Shown: in pieces, positions 1 to 11,718 of the stretch | How the letters are laid out: each line of letters starts with the position of its first letter | Position numbering within the stretch: position 1 is the first letter of the stretch | Origin: Thermoanaerobaculia bacterium | Lineage (GTDB): Bacteria > Acidobacteriota > Thermoanaerobaculia > Multivoradales > Multivoraceae | Reading direction: 5' to 3' | NCBI GenBank assembly: GCA_963666565.1 | Contig: OY762911.1 | Coordinates: 640,001 to 704,000, forward strand | DNA: 64,000 bases | Program-made: the position numbers and the translations under genes | Notes under the pieces: generated by a model | Databases searched by the model: none | The model's input: only the letters and a program-made list of their open reading frames with translations | What the model was told of the DNA's origin: nothing

Positions 1-9
1 AAGTCTCAT
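1..9 (-). CDS. 5' end (M-R-L...) of a gene running off the left edge
   Basis: Minus strand reads AAGGAG (RBS) then AACGAC ATG AGA CTT; product cannot be determined. Confidence 0.5.
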
Positions 10-69
10 GTCGTTCTCCTTGGCCGGCGCCCCACGCCGGCAGTGTGCCGAACGCTAGCAGATTCCAAC

Positions 70-1908
70 TCAGCCCCCCGGCTGCCCGCGCACCCGCTCG
101 ACGATCCGCGCCGAGTCTTTCATGAACTCCATCATGCTCTCTTCGATCGTGCCGCCGCGCTCGTCGAGGCGCCGGGCCCGGTCCATCGCGGCGCGCGCCC
201 CGTCCTCGTCCCCGGACGCCAGCAGCGCCATCCCCAGGCGCGTCAGCGCCGCCGTCGACGGTCCGAGTTCCGTCGACCGGGACAGGAACTCGACCGCTTC
301 GTCCAGTTCCCGCCGCTTGTAGTGGACCCAGCCGAGAGCCGCGAGGGGAAACTGGCGCAACTCCTCGGGCGCGTGCTCCACGGACTGGCGCGCGAAGTCC
401 AGCGCCCGGTCCAGGTCCTCGCCTGTTTCGGCGAGGTTGTACGCCATCTCGTAGCAGGCGATGCTCTTCGAGAAGTTGGACCCGCCCTCGTCGAGCAGCC
501 GGCGCCCCGCCTCGTTCGCTTCCCGGTAGGCGCCCTCGCTGCGCAGCGCCTCGATCAGGGTGGCGTAGGCGGTGGCGCGCAGGATCTCGCCCGGATTCGA
601 GTCGAGCACGCGCTGGATGACCTGGCGGATCTCCTGGCCGCGGTCGAGCCGGAGGCAGGCCAGGGCGTAGGACATCAGCAGGCTCGGGTTGTCGGGATCG
701 AGCGCCAGCGCCTCCCGGTAGCAGCGGAGCGCCTCGGGCGCGTCGCCGGACCGGATCGCCCGCTCGCCGCGGGCCACCCACTCCGCCGCCGCCGGGCTGG
801 TCCGGGGCAGCGCGGCGCCCGCGCGGCCCGAGAGCCAGGCCACCAGGTCGCGGTAGCGCATGCGCTTCGGGTTCAACTGCTGGGCGGTGCGGAACGCGGC
901 GAGGGCCTTGCGGTTCCAGCCCCGATCCAGGTAGCAGAGACCGAGCAGGTGGTGGCATTCCTCGAACGAGGGGTCGACCCGGACCGCCCGGTGGAGCGAT
1001 TCCATCGCCTCCTTCAGCTTGCCCGTTTCGTAGCGGCAGCGGCCCAGCAGGTAGAGGGCCTGAGGCACCGCGTCGATCTCGACGGCGCGCTCCAGGAACG
1101 CCGTCGCCGACTTCAACTGGCCCCGGCCCGCCAGCGACGCCCCCAGGCAGAAGTGCGGGAGAAAGTCGTCCGGGTGCCGCGCCGCGGCCCGTTCCAGCAG
1201 CTCCTGGCCGAGTCGCTCGTCGCCTTCCTGGAGCTGGATCACGCCGCTGTAGACGAGCCCCTGGACGTGGGCCGGCTTGGCCTCGAGCAGGCGGTCGAAG
1301 TGCTCCAGGGCGCGCGTCAGGCGGCCCTCCTGGAAGTGCGACTCGCCCAGGAAGAGCGCGAGCTCCCAGTTCCCGCGGTCCATGGCGGCGGCCGCCTCCA
1401 GGGCCTTCATCGCCCGCTCGAGGTCCAGGCCGTTCAGGGAACGCTCCGCCTCGTCGACCAGCCGCTCGAAGGCCGGCCGCCGGTTGCCCTCGTAGAGCCC
1501 CCGAATCGCGTCCTCGACCGCCGCGAAGCGCTCCCGCTTCTCCAGGACGAGGAACTGGTAGTCCATCTTGGATTCCCACAGGTCGCTCCACTCCGCCGTG
1601 TCGATCAGTTCCTGCCGCTGCAGGAGGTCGCGCAGGGCGAGCATCCCGGCGTGGTGGACGAGGATGCTCTCCTCCTGGCGGTGCATGGCGCCGAGGACCT
1701 TCTGCAGCGTCTCGCCGGTGCGTTTCAGCACCTCTTCCAGGATCGAGATCCGCTCCAGCAGGTGCTCGTCGAGGGAGAACTCCTCGTCGCCGGCGCCGAT
1801 CGTCTCCTCGCCCGAGGCGGGGCCGGAGAGCACCATCAGCTTCTGCCGGCAGCGGCCGCAGTACTCCGCGTCGTCGTCGTTCCGCGCGCCGCAGACCTGG
1901 CAGTACAT
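70..1908 (-). CDS. TPR-repeat protein with N-terminal zinc ribbon and coiled coil
   Basis: CQVC...CGRC ribbon at the N-terminus; many TPR-like helices (e.g. ALYLLGRCRYETGKLKEAMESLHRAVRVDP). Confidence 0.85.
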   Translation of the reverse strand: MYCQVCGARNDDDAEYCGRCRQKLMVLSGPASGEETIGAGDEEFSLDEHLLERISILEEVLKRTGETLQKVLGAMHRQEESILVHHAGMLALRDLLQRQELIDTAEWSDLWESKMDYQFLVLEKRERFAAVEDAIRGLYEGNRRPAFERLVDEAERSLNGLDLERAMKALEAAAAMDRGNWELALFLGESHFQEGRLTRALEHFDRLLEAKPAHVQGLVYSGVIQLQEGDERLGQELLERAAARHPDDFLPHFCLGASLAGRGQLKSATAFLERAVEIDAVPQALYLLGRCRYETGKLKEAMESLHRAVRVDPSFEECHHLLGLCYLDRGWNRKALAAFRTAQQLNPKRMRYRDLVAWLSGRAGAALPRTSPAAAEWVARGERAIRSGDAPEALRCYREALALDPDNPSLLMSYALACLRLDRGQEIRQVIQRVLDSNPGEILRATAYATLIEALRSEGAYREANEAGRRLLDEGGSNFSKSIACYEMAYNLAETGEDLDRALDFARQSVEHAPEELRQFPLAALGWVHYKRRELDEAVEFLSRSTELGPSTAALTRLGMALLASGDEDGARAAMDRARRLDERGGTIEESMMEFMKDSARIVERVRGQPGG

Positions 1909-1962
1909 GGCGGGGCGAGCCTATTGGCTTGCGCCGCGGAACGTTGCGGCATGCGTCGGACA

Positions 1963-2158
1963 CACCCGCCCGTCTTGGGTCAGGAGGGGTCGGCGCCCAG
2001 GCGACGCGCGCGCTCGAGAGGAGAGGGGCAGGGTTGCGCTTGCTCCGCTTCACTCGCTCCGGTTGGGTGTCGGCTTCGGGGAAGACGCCGGCCGTCGCTC
2101 GTTCAGAGGCGCCTGGGCGCCGACCCCTCCTGACCCGACTGGGCTGGACGTCGGTGCC
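1963..2158. repeat. Long-hairpin element copy A (27-bp perfect inverted repeat 1977-2003/2110-2136, 106-nt loop)
   Basis: GGGTCAGGAGGGGTCGGCGCCCAGGCG and its exact complement; homologous to 53421-53616 in inverted orientation. Confidence 0.85.
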
Positions 2159-2263
2159 TGGTGAAGCTGGGGCGCCAGCGCGACAGATGGCCCGGAAACC
2201 GGCGCTCGCGCCGGATGCCGGCGGGGACACCGGCGCACCCAGTTTCTGCCGCGCAAGCTCCTA

Positions 2264-3199
2264 CTAGTTCAGGCCGACAAACCAGGGGTCGCGGCGGCCG
2301 AGGCGGCTGTCGAGCGCGGCGCCGATGCCGACGCAGGTGACGATGGTCCAGGTCCAGCCGCCGACCCAGGGCGTCATCTTGACGGCGCCGAGGGCGAGGA
2401 GCCCGCACAGCGCGGCGGCCAGGGGCCGGCCGGCAAGGCCCAGGCGGTCCGGCAGCAGGCGGGCGCCGACCGCGACGAACACCGCCACGGTGCCCCACAG
2501 CTTGCAGACGAGAAGCGCCGCTCCGCAGACGGCAAGCAGGGGGGCGCCGGCCAGGATCGGAACGGCTGCCGTCACCACGGCGAAGGTGACGGCTACCGCC
2601 AGCACCGCCACCAGGCCGGCAAAGAAGTTGCGGAACGGCCGCTCGAGCACGCTCTGCGCGGTCCCGGTCAGAGCCGAGTCGAAACCCGGCACCAGCGCCA
2701 GGGTCGCGAGCAGCCAGGCCAGCAGCAGGGCGAGGTTCAGCACGGCGACGGCGCCGGACAGCGCGGAGCGGCCGAGGAGCGGCCCTTCCGCCAGGACGAC
2801 CAGCGACGACGGCGCGCGCGGCCAGGCCACGGCGCGGCCCTCGACTCTGGCGCCGCCCTCGGCGTTCAGCCGGCCGCCCACGACGAACGCGTCGCCGAGG
2901 ATCCGCGCTTCCGCGCCCAGGTCGACGTCGCCGCCCAGCACGATCACGTCGCCCTGGACCACGCCGTCGATGCGGGCGTCGCCGTTCAGCACGACCGCGT
3001 CCGAACGCGCTTCGCCGCGCAGGTCCAGATCTCGGCCGATCGCGACCACCTGGCCCCGGGCCACGGCGTCCCGACCGACGACGACGGCCGGGGTGTCGGC
3101 ATCCGGCGAGGGGGGCGGCGCGGCGCAGCTCGCTACCGCCGCGGCCACCGCGCAGAGGACGAGGCCCTGAACGGCCGGGTGGAGGCGGAGGCTCAGCAC
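2264..3199 (-). CDS. Membrane protein (possible lipoprotein) with bactofilin/polymer-forming-like beta-helix domain and C-terminal TM helices
   Basis: Hydrophobic leader ending VASC; repeated V-x-G-D-V/A-V-V-x-G-G; several hydrophobic helices in the C-terminal half. Confidence 0.7.
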   Translation of the reverse strand: MLSLRLHPAVQGLVLCAVAAAVASCAAPPPSPDADTPAVVVGRDAVARGQVVAIGRDLDLRGEARSDAVVLNGDARIDGVVQGDVIVLGGDVDLGAEARILGDAFVVGGRLNAEGGARVEGRAVAWPRAPSSLVVLAEGPLLGRSALSGAVAVLNLALLLAWLLATLALVPGFDSALTGTAQSVLERPFRNFFAGLVAVLAVAVTFAVVTAAVPILAGAPLLAVCGAALLVCKLWGTVAVFVAVGARLLPDRLGLAGRPLAAALCGLLALGAVKMTPWVGGWTWTIVTCVGIGAALDSRLGRRDPWFVGLN

Positions 3200-3296
3200 G
3201 GGCCGATCATCGTAGCCGCCGAGCGTGGCGGGTGGGTGGGCAAAGCGGACGCCGGCCTCGCGGCCGACGGGTTTCCCAGGCCGCCTGCGGCGGCAA

Positions 3297-3345
3297 GCGG
3301 GTCAGAAGACCCGCGCACCCAGCGGGTCGGAGGACCCGTGCACCC
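3297..3345 (-). repeat. Two tandem REP palindromes
   Basis: GCGGGTCAGAAGACCCGCGCACCC at 3297-3320 and a variant at 3322-3345. Confidence 0.9.
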
Positions 3346-3347
3346 GG

Positions 3348-4031
3348 TCAGCGGCGGGATCGCTGCCTCGCCGCCGCCTTCGAGCCGCGCCGGAGCAGGG
3401 AGACCAGGAGCCCGCCGAGGGAGACGGCGGCCGCTCCGCCGACCAGCAGGGCGGGCGCCGCGGGTTGAAGCGCCGAGGACATGGCCGCGTTGAGACCGCG
3501 CCAAGAGGCGTCCAGCAGGCCGGCGCCGAGCAGGCCGACGGTGACCGTGAAGTCGAACAGGGTGGCCGCGGCGGAAGCGGCCGACCCGGCCGCCGGCGCG
3601 AACGCGGCGAGCGCCGCCAGGGCGCCGCCGAAGAGCGCCGCGAGGGCGGCCGCGGAGACGGCCGCGCGGCGCCTCCCGGCAGGTCGCGGCGAGCGAACGA
3701 CGGTCGCGATGCGACGCCCGGCGGGCCGCGGCGAGCGAGCGATGGCCGATCCGCGACGACCGGCGAGCCGCGGCGAGCGAACGTCGAGCGCGCGGGACTC
3801 CGGTGCCAGCCGTTCGGACGCCAGGAGCGCATGAAGCGCCGAGAGACCCTCCGCCTCGTCCCGGCACGCCTCGCACTGGGCGAGGTGCCGCTCCGCCAGG
3901 CGGCGCTCCGCCGCGCTGGCGGCGCCGTCGACGTAGGCGTCGATCAACTCGGCGTGGGAACAGGCGCCGGACATCGCCTCGCCGGGACCGCTCCCGGAAA
4001 CCGTCCTGTCTGAACTCGTCATCGCTGGCAC
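3348..4031 (-). CDS. zf-HC2 (ZAS) anti-sigma factor, membrane anchored
   Basis: HLAQCEAC (HxxxCxxC) motif; directly downstream of the ECF sigma; C-terminal TM helices. Confidence 0.85.
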   Translation of the reverse strand: MPAMTSSDRTVSGSGPGEAMSGACSHAELIDAYVDGAASAAERRLAERHLAQCEACRDEAEGLSALHALLASERLAPESRALDVRSPRLAGRRGSAIARSPRPAGRRIATVVRSPRPAGRRRAAVSAAALAALFGGALAALAAFAPAAGSAASAAATLFDFTVTVGLLGAGLLDASWRGLNAAMSSALQPAAPALLVGGAAAVSLGGLLVSLLRRGSKAAARQRSRR

Positions 4032-4042
4032 TCCGCCGTCCG

Positions 4043-4630
4043 TCAGTCGGTGAGGTAGTCGGCCAGCCGCGCCTTCAGCATCCGGCGGCCGCGAAACAGC
4101 TTGTTCTTCACGGTGCCCAGGGGCATGCCCTTGAACTCCGCGATCTCTTCGTAGGTCATCTCGGCGAAGTGCCTCAACTGGATCAGCTCCCGGTACTCCC
4201 CCTTCAGCCCGTCGATCGCGGCAACGATGGCGCGGCGCCGTTCCAGGTTCCGCAGCGTCCGGTAGGGGTCCCTCTCCTCGCTCTCGAATTCACGCTCCTG
4301 CACCTGCCCGTCCAGGGCGACCCGCTGCATCGGGACCAGCTTCAGGCGCCGCTTCCGGATCAGGTCGATCGCGGCGTTCCTCGCCACCCGAAACAGCCAG
4401 GTCGAGAATCGGTACCTGGGGTTGTACCGGTCGAGGGCCCGGTAGACCCTCAGAAACACTTCCTGCGAAAGCTCCTCGGACTCCTCGACGTTGCCGAGGA
4501 AGCGATTCACGTAGTTGACCAGCCGCCCCCGATACCTCTCCACGAGGTCCGTGTAGAGGGCGGCCTCACCCTCCAGAATCGCCGCCACCAACTCTTCGTC
4601 GGTCGCCCGGGTTGCCTCCACAGCCTTCAC
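4043..4630 (-). CDS. ECF RNA polymerase sigma-70 factor (SigW/RpoE-like)
   Basis: Region 2 ELSQEVFLRVY...FSTWLFRVARN; region 4 YEEIAEFKGMPLGTVKNKLFRGR. Confidence 0.95.
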   Translation of the reverse strand: MKAVEATRATDEELVAAILEGEAALYTDLVERYRGRLVNYVNRFLGNVEESEELSQEVFLRVYRALDRYNPRYRFSTWLFRVARNAAIDLIRKRRLKLVPMQRVALDGQVQEREFESEERDPYRTLRNLERRRAIVAAIDGLKGEYRELIQLRHFAEMTYEEIAEFKGMPLGTVKNKLFRGRRMLKARLADYLTD

Positions 4631-4832
4631 CTACGTCCTCCACGTCCGTTTGTTGCGCGCCGGCCCGCCGTCGACGACCTGCCCGCGGCCGGCTGCGCGG
4701 TCCGCCATCCGGGTTCCGACCCGCTGCGGGCGCGGCCGGCGGCCGCCGCGGCCCTTGGGCTGCTGTAGCCTTCCGCCGGGGCAGGGGCGGCCGACGCCCG
4801 CCACCGCGCCGCGGAGAGTAACCGGGTCACCC

Positions 4833-5525
4833 TTGGCAAACCTGATCCACGCACGCGGACTGGGCATCCGGTTCGGAGTCCACTGGGCGCTGGCCCACGT
4901 CGATCTCGACGTCGAGGCCGGGGAGCGCCTGCTGCTGGCCGGCGCGAACGGTTCCGGCAAGACGACCCTGCTGCGGCTGATCGCGGGACTCCGGCGGCCG
5001 ACGGCGGGCGAGCTTCGGGTCGGCGGCAGGCGGCCGTTCGAGGACCGCGCCGGCGCCCGCCGCGAGCTGTCCCTGGTCTCCCACCACGACTACCTCTACG
5101 ACCGGCTGACGGCGATGGAGACTCTCCGGCTCTGGAGCGACCTGTGCGGCGGCGCCCGGGATCGCGGCCGTCTCGCGAGCCTGCTCGAGGAAGTCGGCCT
5201 CGAAGCGGCGGCCGAACGCCAGGTGGGCGGCTTCTCCGCCGGCATGAGGAAGCGACTGATCCTCGCCCGCTGCCGGCTCGAGAACCCGCGGCTGCTGCTG
5301 CTCGACGAACCGTTCGCGGCGCTCGACCCCGAGGGCCAGGCCCTCGTCGAGCGGTGGATCGAACGCTTCGCGGACGGCGGCGGCGCCCTGATCGTTGCCT
5401 CCCACGCCATCGAGCGGGCCTCCCGGCTGTGCCGGCGGGCGCTTCTGCTGGAGCAGGGCCAGGTCGCCTGGCGGGGCGAGGCCGCCGGGCTCGACGCCGC
5501 CTGGCGCCGGAGGCTCGCGCAGTGA
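4833..5525 (+). CDS. ccmA: Heme ABC exporter ATP-binding subunit
   Basis: Walker A GANGSGKT, signature FSAGMRKR, Walker B LLLLDEPF; first gene of ccm cluster; TTG start at 4833 inferred. Confidence 0.9.
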   Translation: MANLIHARGLGIRFGVHWALAHVDLDVEAGERLLLAGANGSGKTTLLRLIAGLRRPTAGELRVGGRRPFEDRAGARRELSLVSHHDYLYDRLTAMETLRLWSDLCGGARDRGRLASLLEEVGLEAAAERQVGGFSAGMRKRLILARCRLENPRLLLLDEPFAALDPEGQALVERWIERFADGGGALIVASHAIERASRLCRRALLLEQGQVAWRGEAAGLDAAWRRRLAQ

Positions 5526-6202
5526 GGTGGATCCGGACCGTGTTCACGCTGCTGCTGAAGGACCTGCGGGTCGAGTGGCGGGGACGGGTTCGCTTCTTCT
5601 CGATCGTCCTGTTCGGCGGCATCACCCTGGTCCTGTTCTCCTTCGCGATCGACGCCGACGGCGGCGCGGCGGCCGCGATGGCGCCCGGCTTCCTCACCCT
5701 CGCCCTGCTGCTCAGTTCGACGCTCGGCCTGTCCGAGTCCTTCCGGGTGGAACGCGAGAACCGCTCGCTCGAAGGACTGCTGCTGGCGCCGGTCGAGCCG
5801 GCCGTCCTCTTCTACGCCAAGGCGCTCGGCAACTTCGTCTTCCTCGCCATGCTGGCGCCGGTGCTCGTGCCCTCGGCGATCGTCATCTTCAGCGTCGAGA
5901 CGGGGCCGGCCGGATTCCTTGGCGTGCTGGGCGTCTGGCTGCTCGCCGCCGCGGCCCTCGCCGCCCCGGGCACCCTGTACGCGGCGATGACCAGCCGGGC
6001 CGCCAGCCAGGACGTGCTGCTGCCGCTGCTCCTCTTCCCGCTCGTCATTCCCGTGCTGATCGCGTCGGTCCGGAGCGCGGAGTTGTTGCTCCACGGCGAT
6101 CCGATGGACCAGGCGCCGAACTGGCTCCTGCTGCTCCTCGCCTTCGATGTAATCTACTGGGCGCTCGGAGGCGTGCTGGCGAAGGTCGCGATGGAGGAGT
6201 AG
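5522..6202 (+). CDS. ccmB: Heme exporter membrane subunit CcmB
   Basis: LLLKDLRVEWR, ERENRSLEGLLLAP, LLPLLLFPLVIPVL motifs; GTGA overlap with ccmA. Confidence 0.9.
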   Translation: MRWIRTVFTLLLKDLRVEWRGRVRFFSIVLFGGITLVLFSFAIDADGGAAAAMAPGFLTLALLLSSTLGLSESFRVERENRSLEGLLLAPVEPAVLFYAKALGNFVFLAMLAPVLVPSAIVIFSVETGPAGFLGVLGVWLLAAAALAAPGTLYAAMTSRAASQDVLLPLLLFPLVIPVLIASVRSAELLLHGDPMDQAPNWLLLLLAFDVIYWALGGVLAKVAMEE

Positions 6203-6240
6203 ATCCCCGCGCGCGAGCCCGGAAAAAGGAGCGACGAAGG

Positions 6241-6429
6241 ATGGACGGCGTTATAGTCGGCGGTTGGGGGTGGGTCGCCGCCGCCTATGCCGCGGCGGGC
6301 GTGGCTCTAGCCCTCTACGTCTACAGCCTGTTCGTCCGCCGGAGCCGGGTCGAGGCGAACGCGCCCTCACAGGATCGGACGCCCCCAAAGGACCTGAGCG
6401 ATGAGCACGGAAACGACGACGACGCCTGA
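6241..6429 (+). CDS. ccmD: Small single-TM CcmD-like protein
   Basis: MDGVIVGGWGWVAAAY plus TM helix and basic tail; AAGGAG upstream; lies before ccmE. Confidence 0.7.
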   Translation: MDGVIVGGWGWVAAAYAAAGVALALYVYSLFVRRSRVEANAPSQDRTPPKDLSDEHGNDDDA

Positions 6430-6885
6430 CGCCGGACCCCCACCCAGGACCCGGCGGCTCCTCCTGCTCGCCGCGGGCGGCGCCGTGGCCCTGGCCCTCT
6501 CCGTTCTCGCTTTCGGCGACGTCGGCGAGAACCTCGTCTACTACTGGACTCCCACCGAACTTCACGAGGCCGGCGACGAGGCGGTGGGCGCGAGCATCCG
6601 GCTCGGCGGCCTCGTCGAGAAGGGCTCCGTGAGCCGGAGCGAGGACGGGCTGACCCTCGAGTTCACGGTGACGGACGGCCAGTCCGAGGTCGACGTCCGC
6701 ACCACCGCGGTGCCTCCGGCCATGTTCCGGGAGGGCATCGGCGTCGTGCTCGAGGGGACGATGAGCGAGACCGGCCGGTTCGCGACCTCGCGGCTCATGG
6801 TCAAGCACGACAACGAGTACCAGACGCCCGACGTCGAAGACCAGCGCAGCATGGAGGAGTTGGTCGAGTCCATGCAGTTCGACCT

Positions 6886-6889
<4 letters not shown>
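6401..6889 (+). CDS. ccmE: Heme chaperone CcmE
   Basis: NLVYYWTPTE, IRLGGLV, PAMFREG, heme-binding KHDNEY (HxxxY). Confidence 0.95.
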
Positions 6890-8888
<1,999 letters not shown>

Positions 8889-8892
<4 letters not shown>

Positions 8893-9425
8893 ATCGCAAC
8901 GTCCTTCTGATCGGCGCCGGCCTCGCCGTGCCGCTGCTCGCCCTGCTCGGGTTCGCCTTCCGGCACGACCCGAACGTCGTCGAGTCGCCGCTGGTCGGCA
9001 AGCCGGCGCCCAGCTTCCGGCTCGCCGACCTCGACGGCAACATCGTCGACCTGGCGGAGTTGCGCGGCCAGCCGGTCATCGTCAACTTCTGGGCCACCTA
9101 CTGCGTGCCCTGCCTGTACGAGCACCCACTGTTGATGGAGGGCTCACGGCGCTGGCAGGGCGAGATCCAGTTCCTCGGCGTCATCTTCCAGGACGACCCC
9201 GAGACGATCGCGGAGTTCAACACCGACTACGGGAGTTGGGGTCCATCCCTGATCGACGAGGGCGGCCGGGTCGCGATCGCCTACGGGGTCTACGGACCGC
9301 CGGAGACCTTCTTCATCGACCGCGACGGCACGATCGTCGACAAGGCGATCGGCGCGGTTTCGCCGGACCGGCTCGTGGAGGTCGCCGAGCGGATGCTGGC
9401 GCGGCCGGCGGCGGCGACCGGCTGA
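8889..9425 (+). CDS. ccmG: Thiol:disulfide interchange protein CcmG/DsbE
   Basis: NFWATYCVPC, YGVYGPPETFFID; GTGA overlap with ccmF. Confidence 0.9.
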
Positions 9426-9426
9426 C

Positions 9427-9978
9427 ATGCGACGCGCGACCGCCCTCCTGGGGCTGCTGGCCGCGTTGGCCTTCGCGGCGCCGGCATCGGCCCAGGAATC
9501 CGAAACGCCGCCGCGAGTCGCGCCGCCCCCGGCCGAAGGCGAGTACCGGCCGGGACTCGGCATCGAGACGTCGCACGAACTGGGCGACCCCCTGGGCCGG
9601 CCCCTGTCCGGCGACGAACTGGACCGGGCGGTCGCCGAGGTTGCGGCCGACATCCGCTGCCCCAAGTGCCAGGCGCTCTCGATCGCCGATTCCGGCGCCC
9701 AGTCGGCTCAGGCGATGCGGGAGGAGGCGCGGTCCCTTCTGTCCCAGGGCTACACCCGCGAGCAGGTCGTCGGCTACTTCGAGCAGCGCTACGGCGAGTT
9801 CGTGCTGCTCGAACCGCGGGCGCGCGGGCTCAACCTGATCGTCTGGGCGGCGCCGGCTGGCATCGTCCTGCTCGGCGGCCTCGCCGTGGCGCTTCGCCTG
9901 CGGCGCCGCCGGCGCCGAAGCGACGACGAGGCCCTCGACGGCTATCTGCGGCAGGTGGAGCAGGAGACGGCGACCTGA
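9427..9978 (+). CDS. ccmH: Cytochrome c biogenesis protein CcmH
   Basis: IRCPKCQ, YFEQRYGEFVLLEP. Confidence 0.93.
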   Translation: MRRATALLGLLAALAFAAPASAQESETPPRVAPPPAEGEYRPGLGIETSHELGDPLGRPLSGDELDRAVAEVAADIRCPKCQALSIADSGAQSAQAMREEARSLLSQGYTREQVVGYFEQRYGEFVLLEPRARGLNLIVWAAPAGIVLLGGLAVALRLRRRRRRSDDEALDGYLRQVEQETAT

Positions 9979-10913
9979 CTCTCGTCGCGACGATCGCCCT
10001 CGTCGCCGCCGTCCTCGCCGGCCTGGGAGTCGGGTTCGCGTTTCTGCCCCGGGAAAACGCGGCGCGCGCGGCCGAGCTCGGCCTGCGGCGCGCCGACCTC
10101 CTGGACCGGCGCGAGGACCTGCTGGCCCGGCTGCAGAAGGCCGGCCTCGAAGCGGCCGACCGGCGGCGGCTCCAGGTCTCGACGGCGCGGGTGCTGAAGG
10201 AGATCGACGAGGTCGAGGACGCGATCGCCGGCATCGCTCCGGAGGACATCGCCCCGGAGGGGAGCGGCAAGCGGCGGACCGCGGCGCCGGCGGGCCGCGC
10301 CTTCGTCCAGGCGCACCCGCTGCTCTCCGGCGTTCTGCTCGGCGGCGGCGTGGTCGGCCTGGTCGGCGCGCTGGTCGTCTGGGCGCAGGCCGACGCCCGG
10401 CCCGATCCGCAGGCGGAGCAGACGATGGCCCAGGGCGGCGGCGAGACGGACTTCCGCGGCCAGCCGCCGCTCCCGCCCGAGCTGGTGTCCCGGGCCGAGG
10501 AACTGCGGCGGCAGATCGACGCCGATCCCTCGGACGTCGACGCGCTGCGCGCCCTGATGCAACTGCAGCTCGCGAACGGCCGCGCCTTCGACGCCTTCCA
10601 GACCGCCCAACTCGCGCTGCAGGTCGCTCCCGAGGACCCCGACGCGCACTTCGTCTCCGGCATCGTGCGGCTGCAGATGGGCCAGACCCAGGTCGCCCTC
10701 GATTCGCTCGACCGGGCGCTCCGAAGCGACCCCGGCCACGAGCAGGCGGCCCTCATGCGAGGTCTGCTCCTGCTGCAACTCGGCGACCGCGACGGCGCCA
10801 TCGCCACCTGGCAAGGCGCCAACGAAGCCCGCCCCAGCCCCCGCCTCGAGCAGGTCGTCGGCATGGCCCGCGAGGGCCGGACGTTCGACGAAATCGTCAA
10901 CAACCCGCTCTGA
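9975..10913 (+). CDS. CcmI/CycH-like TPR membrane protein; probable CTG start
   Basis: Two TM segments followed by TPRs; CTG overlaps the ccmH TGA and AGGAG lies upstream. Confidence 0.75.
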   Translation: MTLVATIALVAAVLAGLGVGFAFLPRENAARAAELGLRRADLLDRREDLLARLQKAGLEAADRRRLQVSTARVLKEIDEVEDAIAGIAPEDIAPEGSGKRRTAAPAGRAFVQAHPLLSGVLLGGGVVGLVGALVVWAQADARPDPQAEQTMAQGGGETDFRGQPPLPPELVSRAEELRRQIDADPSDVDALRALMQLQLANGRAFDAFQTAQLALQVAPEDPDAHFVSGIVRLQMGQTQVALDSLDRALRSDPGHEQAALMRGLLLLQLGDRDGAIATWQGANEARPSPRLEQVVGMAREGRTFDEIVNNPL

Positions 10914-10942
10914 GCGGCGACGCCGGGCGGCACCCGCCCGCT

Positions 10943-10966
10943 GGGTGCGCGGGTCTTCCGACCCGC
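10943..10966 (+). repeat. REP palindrome
   Basis: GGGTGCGCGGGTCTTCCGACCCGC between convergent genes. Confidence 0.9.
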
Positions 10967-11034
10967 TTCCGCCGAAGGCCGGCGCCGCTTCGGCTCCCGT
11001 TCCAGGCGAGCCCGCGCGGCAGGACGCCTCTTCC

Positions 11035-11541
11035 CTATGAGTCCCCCAACTTCAGCCGCCGGGCGATCACCGCCGCCACCTCCCGCTTGCGCTCGGTCCC
11101 GCGCGTTCTGATCCTCAGGTCCGCCTGACGATAGGACTCCAGCCGGCTCTCGTACAGCGCCTGCGCCTGGTCCGGGGTCTCGAATAGCGGGCGGCGCTTG
11201 TGGGACTGCTGCGCGCGCCGGCACAGGGCCTCCCAGGGCGGGTCCAGCCAGACGCTCGTGCCCAACTCGGCGATCAGGCGGCGGTTCCGCTCCAATGTGA
11301 ACGCGCCGCCGCCAGTAGCGATCACCGCCTGGTCGACCGTGGCGCAGCGTTCGAGGGCCTCCGTTTCGCGTTCCCGAAACCAGCTCTCGCCGCGCTCGAC
11401 GATCAGGTCCGCCACCGGCTGCCCCTCGCGCTCGGCGATGGCCGTGTCGAGATCCAGGAACGTCCAGTCCAGCGACCGGGCCAGCCGCCGGCCGATCCGG
11501 CTCTTGCCGGCCGCCATGAAACCGACGAGGAAGACGCGCAT
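11035..11541 (-). CDS. aroK: Shikimate kinase
   Basis: LVGFMAAGKS, FLDLD, GESWFRERE, VIATGGG, RRPL. Confidence 0.95.
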   Translation of the reverse strand: MRVFLVGFMAAGKSRIGRRLARSLDWTFLDLDTAIAEREGQPVADLIVERGESWFRERETEALERCATVDQAVIATGGGAFTLERNRRLIAELGTSVWLDPPWEALCRRAQQSHKRRPLFETPDQAQALYESRLESYRQADLRIRTRGTERKREVAAVIARRLKLGDS

Positions 11542-11557
11542 GGCGATGCCGGAACGG

Positions 11558-11674
11558 TCAGTCGCCGTGCTTCTGCGCCCGCTCGCTCTTCAACGCACGC
11601 ACGAGGAAGAACGTGAAGCCGCCCCACACGAAGCCGCCGATCAGAACCAGGACGAGGATGGCGAGCGGCGACAT
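11558..11674 (-). CDS. 38-aa single-TM protein resembling MetS-type NSS transporter small subunits
   Basis: MSPLAILVLVLIGGFVWGGFTFFLVRALKSE; the VWGG motif is typical of that family. Confidence 0.6.
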   Translation of the reverse strand: MSPLAILVLVLIGGFVWGGFTFFLVRALKSERAQKHGD

Positions 11675-11718
11675 CGGGTAGAACCTTACGACAAAACCAG
11701 TCGGAGGCGTGCGCGGCG

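Noticed and set aside
4632-4656. GCAAC-N16-CGTA as an ECF autoregulatory promoter
   Set aside because: It overlaps the RBS and ends 1 nt from the start codon, leaving no room for a transcription start
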